Source: an uncultured bacterium
GTDB taxonomy: Bacteria > Patescibacteriota > Minisyncoccia > Phycocordibacterales > GWA1-40-21
DNA length: 64,000 nt
Reading direction: 5' to 3'
Assembly (NCBI GenBank): GCA_903831595.1
Contig: CAIKXY010000002.1
Span: forward strand, 28,339-92,338
In this document: positions 57,062 to 64,000 of the stretch, in pieces
Position numbering within the stretch: position 1 is the first letter of the stretch
How the letters are laid out: each line of letters opens with the position of its first letter
Notes under the pieces: generated by a model
Database searches by the model: none
What the model was told of the DNA's origin: nothing
Seen by the model: the letters and a program-made list of their open reading frames with translations, nothing else
Program-made: the position numbers and the translations under genes

Positions 57062-57551
57062 TCCTATTAATCTTGGCCCACGAAAAACGGCAGCAAAAAA
57101 TCTTGCTAAGAAGCTTATTAAAGACACAAAAATAAGCGAAGCTCCAGTTTCTCTTCAAACGATTATTGAACATTTACAGTCTACGTACACTATTTCTGTA
57201 CAGAGAGTTAATTTTCCAACAGAGGTATCCGGTTTGCTTGTTAAGTGTAAAGAAGTTGATGGGGAATATTACACGATTGGTTTTAACGAAAACCACCCAT
57301 GGTGTCGTCGTCGATTTACCATAGCTCATGAAATCGGGCATCTACTTTTCGGTCATGTTTGCAAAAAGGGGCAAAAAGATGAGACGGATGACGAAAAAGA
57401 AGCGGATGCTTTTGCCGGAGAATTATTAATTCCTACAATATTAATAAAAAAAGATTTTGGAAAAATTAAGAAAGTTCCAGAACTTTCAAAATTATATCGT
57501 GTTAGTGCAGAGGCTCTCACTATAAAATTAATGGATGCACGTTTATTGTAA
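57051..57551 (+). CDS. ImmA/IrrE-family metallopeptidase
   Basis: RRRFTIAHEIGH (HExxH), EKEADAFAGELLIP; overlaps XRE stop. Confidence 0.92.
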   Translation: MENDPINLGPRKTAAKNLAKKLIKDTKISEAPVSLQTIIEHLQSTYTISVQRVNFPTEVSGLLVKCKEVDGEYYTIGFNENHPWCRRRFTIAHEIGHLLFGHVCKKGQKDETDDEKEADAFAGELLIPTILIKKDFGKIKKVPELSKLYRVSAEALTIKLMDARLL

Positions 57552-57553
57552 TT

Positions 57554-58894
57554 CTAGTTTTGTAGAATAATTTTTCTGTCATCTAACACGATTTTATTCT
57601 TTAATTGTTCGAGTAACTCCCGTTTCTCATAAATCGTTCCTTCTCTAAGTATATATTTAGCATATGCTCGTATATCAACTTCTTTTTCTTTTATTTTTTT
57701 ATCATCTTTTATTCCAAATACGTTTGAACGTAGTTTGTTATGTTTTTCGATCTCTCTATCAATGATATGTCTTGCACCAATCTGATTGATATCAAGTTTG
57801 TCGATAATTTCTTCAAGCTGAGTTATTAAATTATCTTCTCTGATATATGGATTTTTGCAAAACATATCATTATGCCTTGTACAACTGTAGTAAATGTATG
57901 AATGCACACTCCCATCGCTAATATTTTTATGTTTTTCCTGTGCTGTTATTCCTGATCCACATTTTCCGCAAGTCATTAGTTTAGTAAATGTAAACTCATG
58001 ATAAAGTTTTTTACTCTTACTTCGTTCTTCTGCCATATTTTCTTGTACACGCTGGAAAAGTTCTTTGGTTATAATCGGCTGATGTTTCCCCTCGTACCAG
58101 TTACCGCTTCCACGCGGATATTCGAATGTTCCAGTGTAGAAAGAGTTTTTTAATAGGTTGTATATTGTACTTAAGTTTAGATTTTTATTATTTTTCGTTT
58201 TGAATTTCATATCATCTCTCAGCCAATGATATAATTTTCGTCCACTCCATCTTTCATATGCAACTTTTTCAAATACTTGTTTTATGATTGGAGCTCTAAT
58301 CGGATCTACTATTACATAGCACTCTCTACCGATAATTTTCTCATTCGTATATCCTACCGAAGCCACTGATGGCCACAATCCCATCTCTGCCCGTGCTTTG
58401 AGTCCACGTTTTACATTTACGCTCTTGTTGTCATTCTCAAGCTTCGCCTGTGAGCCAAGAATCATCAACAAGAACTTTTCATTAGGGGAGTCAGTGAACT
58501 TTTGACTGTAGGTTCTTATCTCAACTAATTTCTTTTGATCAATAAGATCGACTATCATTCCAAGATCCCCACCATTTCTTGAAAGTCTGTCTGGTGCCCA
58601 CGTCAATATTCCATTAAACATTCCTTTTCGGATGTCCTCAAGAAGTTGTACGAAAACCGGTCTTGAACCACTAGCTTTCGCCGAATGACTCTCTTTACGA
58701 ATTTCAGTTATGTTTAAACCATCTCGTTGGGCAAGCTCTAGCATCTCCTTGATTTGAGAATCAATTGATAACGCTTGCAATTCATCCGCCTCACTGCTCT
58801 TACGTGCGTATAGGCAGTATTTGATTGTCACATCCGCCTTTTGTTCTCCACGAGCCACTTGTGCCCCTGAAAACCCTTGTTTCGCCTGTTGCAT
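57554..58894 (-). CDS. Large serine recombinase
   Basis: YCLYARKSSE catalytic Ser, DRLSRN, recombinase domain, Zn ribbon CGKCG...YYSC...C. Confidence 0.95.
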   Translation of the reverse strand: MQQAKQGFSGAQVARGEQKADVTIKYCLYARKSSEADELQALSIDSQIKEMLELAQRDGLNITEIRKESHSAKASGSRPVFVQLLEDIRKGMFNGILTWAPDRLSRNGGDLGMIVDLIDQKKLVEIRTYSQKFTDSPNEKFLLMILGSQAKLENDNKSVNVKRGLKARAEMGLWPSVASVGYTNEKIIGRECYVIVDPIRAPIIKQVFEKVAYERWSGRKLYHWLRDDMKFKTKNNKNLNLSTIYNLLKNSFYTGTFEYPRGSGNWYEGKHQPIITKELFQRVQENMAEERSKSKKLYHEFTFTKLMTCGKCGSGITAQEKHKNISDGSVHSYIYYSCTRHNDMFCKNPYIREDNLITQLEEIIDKLDINQIGARHIIDREIEKHNKLRSNVFGIKDDKKIKEKEVDIRAYAKYILREGTIYEKRELLEQLKNKIVLDDRKIILQN

Positions 58895-59051
58895 ATTTAT
58901 TATTCTTTAATATCTTTTAAATTCGACTACATACATCAATGACGCAACCCTTTCGTGGAGTCCAGAGAGGGTAAGTTGGTAAGAAGTAGATAACTAGCGA
59001 GCTCTTTATTTTTCTTCAATTTTGTTGTACTTTTATGTAATAATATCAATT

Positions 59052-60227
59052 ATGGATTTTCAACAATATTTTCAATCGAAAAATCTCACAAAAACCCCAA
59101 TGGAGGGTGTTCATTATGAGCAAAAAATTACACCAGATTTATTGTGGTGTGTTGCTTATGTCGTCTCAGATCTTATCAAGGATGATCCCGAAAAGATATT
59201 TACTGATAGTGATGTGAGAGAATCTCCAATTTTTAATTCATTAACACAGGATTATTTTTCGAAGGCACCCCAAGAAAATGCCGAAAATGAATATAATAAA
59301 TTCAGCTCATATCAACTCGGTGTTTTGTCTTTTGCTGGTATCTTTGAACAAATTTCAGGCCGCCCTAAAAAATATAGAGTAAACAATTTAGAAGCTTTAA
59401 AATATATTGCAATAAATGATTTTAATGCCGCAAGATTTTTAGGGGAATATACAGAAAAATTTATTCTTGATAATGGTCTTAATGGTATTTTTGAAATTTA
59501 TCATCAAAATCCAAATCAGGATAATTATCTGCGTGTAAAAGAAGCTTATTGGAATTGGGCAAAAATAAATACAGCAATAAAAGGTACTGATAGAAAACAC
59601 ACTTATCGTGTCTTCAATAAAATGTTTAATGTTTTTTGTTACAAGAATCATTTACCAGGGGAGGATGGTTCAAATATAATAAATGGTCCATGTCCATATT
59701 CCTTTTTACTATATAATCGAACAAATTTTAGAGATGTAGATATGCCCTCTGGTATGACAAGACAGCAATATCAGGAAGAAGTACTTTCAGAAGTCGAGCA
59801 AGGGGGTTTGGTTGAAACTCTATTACAAAAAGTTAAGGAGGCTGTAAAAATAAAAAGTGGTAATAGTAGTGAAATTAAAGATATTGACTGGGGATATGCT
59901 CCCAATGATGGTGGTATTCATGTTCATCACATACTTCCTCGTCATTCATATCCTCAATTCTCAATTGCAAAAGAAAATTTAATAGCTTTAACTCCCGGTC
60001 AGCACCTTTCGTATGCTCACGTAGAAGCAAATACTAGAACAATAAATCATGAGTTCCAAATTATTTGTTTAAAGAGAAAATTTGAAGCTGTAAGGGCATC
60101 TTTAGAAGCAGGAGATGGCTTCTATGACTTAAAACAATTTATAAGAATGTTCAATACTTGTTTTAACTGGACTATCAGTGAAAATTCTTCTGTCGATCAA
60201 GTTGGTTCAGCACTTGCAACTGTTTAG
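59052..60227 (+). CDS. HNH-type type IIS restriction endonuclease, HpyAV/Hin4II-like
   Basis: LLYNRTNFRD, C-terminal HVHHILP...ENLIALTPGQHLSYAH; convergent with a dual methyltransferase. Confidence 0.75.
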   Translation: MDFQQYFQSKNLTKTPMEGVHYEQKITPDLLWCVAYVVSDLIKDDPEKIFTDSDVRESPIFNSLTQDYFSKAPQENAENEYNKFSSYQLGVLSFAGIFEQISGRPKKYRVNNLEALKYIAINDFNAARFLGEYTEKFILDNGLNGIFEIYHQNPNQDNYLRVKEAYWNWAKINTAIKGTDRKHTYRVFNKMFNVFCYKNHLPGEDGSNIINGPCPYSFLLYNRTNFRDVDMPSGMTRQQYQEEVLSEVEQGGLVETLLQKVKEAVKIKSGNSSEIKDIDWGYAPNDGGIHVHHILPRHSYPQFSIAKENLIALTPGQHLSYAHVEANTRTINHEFQIICLKRKFEAVRASLEAGDGFYDLKQFIRMFNTCFNWTISENSSVDQVGSALATV

Positions 60228-60229
60228 TC

Positions 60230-62749
60230 TTATCTTTTAACTCCAAAAAAGAATACAGAATTGTTATCAATATTGAGAGATCGAGTACCATGATTTCTTG
60301 CTACTCTATAAAACTCAGTAAATTCTTCCGTACCAAAGTAATCTAAATCATTTTTTGTTATTTTTGCTTCATTTTCTTTTAGGGTAAGGATAGCCACTGA
60401 TCCATCAACAAGTGTATTCTCTGGCAGAAATGAGGCTCGTGGGGCGTATGTTAGATTTGGCACTAAAACACTATTTTCTTTATTCCAAAATTTCGAAATA
60501 GATAAACCGTCCAGTGAATCAACGTAAGAATCATAATTGGGAATATTTAATATTTCGTTCCGTCCAATATTTCTTGATTTTAATATTCTTATCCTACCTT
60601 CATTTTTTGTTATTTTCTTGGTAATTTGACGATCCCTGTATGAAATAAAAATATTAAATCGAAGTTTTTTTGCTATAGAATCAAAAAAGGCATTTCTATA
60701 TACTAACCAATAAGGAAAATCTTTTGAACATATATAAGATTGATCTTTATACTCAATTATATTTTTAACATAAGACTCCACCAGTGTTCGTGTGCCTTTG
60801 TTTTGAGTATTAATAATTAAACTTATCGTCTCAATTTTTACACCCTTGAATCCCTTTTCTCCGTAATCTGTAATTTTTTCAATAGCAAAAGATGAAACAA
60901 GTTCTCTTGTCTTGTTAAATTCTGGCGCTGAAAGAAAACTTTTAGGAATAATAAGACCAACAGTATTTCCCAATTGGATTGTTTTTTCAAGGAAAAAAGA
61001 AAAAAGATTATTTGTTTCTGTATTATATTTATTTTTTTTATATAGATTTAATAATTCTTTATTTTCAGATATGTCTCCGAATGGAGGGTTACCGATAATA
61101 ATGTCATATCGTTTTGATTGATTGAATAAGTTTGTTTCTCCATATAGTAAAAAGTCAGCATTAATCAAGTTGATGATAATATTTTTAGGAATGTTTAGTT
61201 TTTTCAGTAAGAGTTTTAATATTTCAATCGCATTTTTATCAATATCAATCACATCGATATGAACTTCTTTAACTGTTTTATATTTTTCGATAAGAAGAGG
61301 AAGAAAATTTCCAGCCCCAACGGATGGTTCTAATATCGAAAGCTTTTCGAATTTAGATGTGTCGGGTAAATCTTTCACAATGGTAAAACAAATATCTTGT
61401 CTTGTGTAATATGCCGCGTGTTGAAGACGTTGGGCGTTTGCAAGCTCAACAATTTTTACTAGTTCAGGATAAGTCAAATCATTTATATTTTTTTTAATAA
61501 AATTTTTTAGATTTTCCTCAATATCAAGTCTCTTATCTACAATAAGTTTTTTTATTTGGGTTTCGTTTTTATTATTATTTTTTAGTTTTAAATTTATATT
61601 TTTAGCAATACCTTTAAATATAACTGTTGGTACAGCTTCACCAAGAGACTGTCTAATATTTATCTCTTCTTTTTTAAGAATTTTTCTTTTTTCTTCAACC
61701 GATAATTTATTTAATATATTGAGTGGTGTTGATACCCAATTAAAAGAATCTGGTACTGACATCATTCGCATCAATTCTCTTATACTGAAAACTCTATTAT
61801 CCTTTGGGTGAACTGTGGCTTGGCTTGCCAAAATATCATTTCTTGTGTGAACACATGGTGCAACCTTATCCCAATAACAACGTGAATATTTATCTGCATT
61901 CTTGTTTTCATTACAAACAATTTTTCCATTTATAATCTGATGTGGTCGTCTTTTTGGATCAATGTTATCGAAAGCTGACTGTCCCTCTTTGATGTTCTCA
62001 ATCCAAGGAAGCATATGTTCCCCATATGATCTAAAATTATGATAAATATCTTTCTTATCAATTTTTCCCATTATTTTAAGAGAAGTAAGATCGCCAATTG
62101 CATCACGTAATGTACCTCCATTTTTTAAATTAGGCATAAGGTCAAGAGGTGTAACTTCCTGTATGTCTTTTCTTACCCCAATAACTAGTGTTCGTGTTCT
62201 ACTTGATGGATTTCCATAATCTTTAAAATTTATTATTTGATAGTGGATATTATATTTTCCGCCAAGGTTCAATTCAATTGCTTCTCGAATTTTTTTCTGT
62301 TTTTTGTCGGTATCAGTGCAAAGACTAGAAAGAAATGCTCTAACATTCTCAAAAATAAATACTTTTGGTCTAATTTGATCTACAAGTTTAATTGATTCTA
62401 CGACAAGAGAATTTCTGGCAAGCTCGTCTCCTTTTTTGTGATTAGCAACAGACATACCCTGACAAGGTGGAGTTGCTAGTAAGACATCAATTTCTTTAAT
62501 TCCTTTTTTTGATTTCCATAAATCGATTTCTGAGAATATTTTTTCTTTTGCAGATTTTTTTGTAATATCATCCGCTATATAGCCACTTGGATATAAACAT
62601 TTATTATTATGTTTTTGGACATCTAAACGTCTATTAATCAATTCAATAGTTGCGACACAATCAAAATTTTCCTGAGAAAATCCGTAACATCCAACACCTG
62701 CACTACTGAATAAACTAATGTATGTTAATTTTTTCTCGTTGCTTTTCAT
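60230..62749 (-). CDS. Fused C5-cytosine + N6-adenine DNA methyltransferase (M.HpyAV-like)
   Basis: SLFSSAGVG, PPCQGMS, ENV, RTR (m5C); LEPSVGAGNF, IIGNPPF (m6A). Confidence 0.9.
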   Translation of the reverse strand: MKSNEKKLTYISLFSSAGVGCYGFSQENFDCVATIELINRRLDVQKHNNKCLYPSGYIADDITKKSAKEKIFSEIDLWKSKKGIKEIDVLLATPPCQGMSVANHKKGDELARNSLVVESIKLVDQIRPKVFIFENVRAFLSSLCTDTDKKQKKIREAIELNLGGKYNIHYQIINFKDYGNPSSRTRTLVIGVRKDIQEVTPLDLMPNLKNGGTLRDAIGDLTSLKIMGKIDKKDIYHNFRSYGEHMLPWIENIKEGQSAFDNIDPKRRPHQIINGKIVCNENKNADKYSRCYWDKVAPCVHTRNDILASQATVHPKDNRVFSIRELMRMMSVPDSFNWVSTPLNILNKLSVEEKRKILKKEEINIRQSLGEAVPTVIFKGIAKNINLKLKNNNKNETQIKKLIVDKRLDIEENLKNFIKKNINDLTYPELVKIVELANAQRLQHAAYYTRQDICFTIVKDLPDTSKFEKLSILEPSVGAGNFLPLLIEKYKTVKEVHIDVIDIDKNAIEILKLLLKKLNIPKNIIINLINADFLLYGETNLFNQSKRYDIIIGNPPFGDISENKELLNLYKKNKYNTETNNLFSFFLEKTIQLGNTVGLIIPKSFLSAPEFNKTRELVSSFAIEKITDYGEKGFKGVKIETISLIINTQNKGTRTLVESYVKNIIEYKDQSYICSKDFPYWLVYRNAFFDSIAKKLRFNIFISYRDRQITKKITKNEGRIRILKSRNIGRNEILNIPNYDSYVDSLDGLSISKFWNKENSVLVPNLTYAPRASFLPENTLVDGSVAILTLKENEAKITKNDLDYFGTEEFTEFYRVARNHGTRSLNIDNNSVFFFGVKR

Positions 62750-63124
62750 TTGTTACATTATAACTTTTATATTTTTTCTTGGGAAGGCCTAAAACAATAA
62801 TGACTGAATATAGTTAATTGGTCTAGTGGCATTGTTGGTAACTTTGCTTCGCAAACTCTCTAATCTAAGCTAGGGTATGGAGTAATACCTAATTTTTTGG
62901 TATTATGTTATTTACAATTAAATAAAAGACGACCTAACCCCTTTAGAAATAGAGGATATGGTTGCAAAACCCGCTAGAGAACAAAGGACTCCTCGTCAGA
63001 GTCACTCTAGCGGGTCATATTGGGAAACTGATATGGGTGAGGCTGAAAGGTTTCATCGCGATGGCGGGGAGCTCTTTGTTTATATAAAGACTCACCTCTA
63101 TCGATTAAAACCCGCTAGAGTTTT

Positions 63125-63769
63125 ATGAATGATCAAAACCAGTCTTTCGAGATTAAGACTAAAAAACAAGTCTCAAATATCAATCTATTATTAAGCTGGG
63201 CATTTGGAATATTTTTTATTTTGTGCGGAATAGGACTTATATTTACAAGCATTGTATCGGGAATTATTTTTATTGTTGGTGGCTTAATATTACTACCTAC
63301 AATAGCTGAAAAAATAGAAAAAACTTATAAAGTTTCTTTTTCTAGAAATATGAAAGTATCTATTGTATTTTTAGTGATTATATTATCTGCAGTGTTATCA
63401 TCAATAACTGATAAAAAAGATGACTCGCCTTCTCTATCTAAGGTCCAAGAAGTAAAAACAGAAACAATTAATAATCAAAATTCTATATCTAAAGAAAGTG
63501 CTCAAAAAGATTTAGATGAAATAATTTCATTAGGTAAAAAAGCAGGACTGATAGTTTCTTACGAGTTTTCAGATAAAGCTACTGTAGTATATATTGGAAG
63601 TACATGGTATACACAAACTGTAGCATTCAAAAAAGATTTTATGGCTAAAATCGCATCACTAAAAAAAGTCATAACTGGATATAATCATTTTGAAGCCAGA
63701 GACGCTTATTCAAATGAAAAAGTAGCTGAAGTGACAGCTTTCTCAAATTCTATAGAGGTATATAAATAA
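63125..63769 (+). CDS. Membrane protein, hypothetical
   Basis: Three N-terminal TMs, soluble C-terminal domain. Confidence 0.75.
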   Translation: MNDQNQSFEIKTKKQVSNINLLLSWAFGIFFILCGIGLIFTSIVSGIIFIVGGLILLPTIAEKIEKTYKVSFSRNMKVSIVFLVIILSAVLSSITDKKDDSPSLSKVQEVKTETINNQNSISKESAQKDLDEIISLGKKAGLIVSYEFSDKATVVYIGSTWYTQTVAFKKDFMAKIASLKKVITGYNHFEARDAYSNEKVAEVTAFSNSIEVYK

Positions 63770-63772
63770 TAT

Positions 63773-64000
63773 ATGGGAAAACGATTAAACATAATAAAAC
63801 TTTCTTCCTTAGTACTGATATTATTTTTTATTGTTTGGATATTTTCTAACATAGATACAAAAGTTGAAATTCAAAACGAGGAAATAACCGCGTCCTCTAA
63901 TGTAACGATATCTACTACAACAGATAAAAATGTTCAGCAAGATTTAGTGTCTGTCATTTCTGTTGTAGACGGAGATACAATAAAAGTTTTAATTGAAGGA
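63773..64000 (+). CDS. Thermonuclease (SNase-like) family protein, 5' part only
   Basis: MGKRLNII, TM, ...VSVISVVDGDTIKV; VVDGDT is the SNase motif; runs off the window. Confidence 0.75.
   Translation, partial: MGKRLNIIKLSSLVLILFFIVWIFSNIDTKVEIQNEEITASSNVTISTTTDKNVQQDLVSVISVVDGDTIKVLIEG

Larger units (their letters stand above)
55908..64000. mobile_element. tRNA-His-linked genomic island (right end beyond window or not recognised)
   Basis: Directly after the tRNA 3' end: DUF3892, XRE/ImmA pair, large serine recombinase, R-M system, nuclease; no att repeat found in the window. Confidence 0.6.

Noticed and set aside
62930-63015. c-di-GMP-I (GEMM) riboswitch
   Set aside because: Has a GAAA loop and GCAAAA but lacks the GGCAAAC/GGRCGCAAAG core, and the receptor-like motif is in the same hairpin as the tetraloop
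55908-64000. Prophage
   Set aside because: No terminase, capsid, tail or phage replication genes in the visible part

Overview
AT-rich bacterial chromosome segment. Genetic code 11: TGA is used as a stop and Trp is TGG. The content fits a Patescibacteria/CPR (Parcubacteria-like) genome, an inference from the TrmB-type regulator paralogs, the ruvX-dedA-pilMNO cluster, giant surface proteins and CCA-less tRNAs. Housekeeping genes include murE, mutM, ruvA, rpsT, tpiA, recJ, rplS, an RluA-family and a SpoU-family enzyme, and there are six tRNAs (Arg-GCG, Ser-TGA, Arg-TCT, Val-TAC, Leu-GAG, His-GTG). Accessory regions are: two giant adhesin-like genes; an ECF-sigma / ice-binding protein / class F sortase block between two tRNAs; and a tRNA-His-linked island with DUF3892, XRE+ImmA/IrrE, a serine recombinase, an HpyAV-like type IIS R-M pair and a thermonuclease. 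The most unusual signals are four. (1) Two expression grammars coexist: core genes look leaderless, while orphan cassettes carry strong Shine-Dalgarno sites, some with full sigma70 promoters and boxA-like motifs, and one encodes a beta-barrel-like protein in a lineage lacking an outer membrane. (2) Three TrmB paralogs share one operator palindrome. (3) tRNA genes are flanked by sense and antisense copies of their own ends. (4) There are unexplained structured intergenic elements and odd domain fusions (CYTH-uridine kinase-CYTH, RuvX-tRNA-binding domain). All family calls come from motif recognition by eye; no database searches were run.
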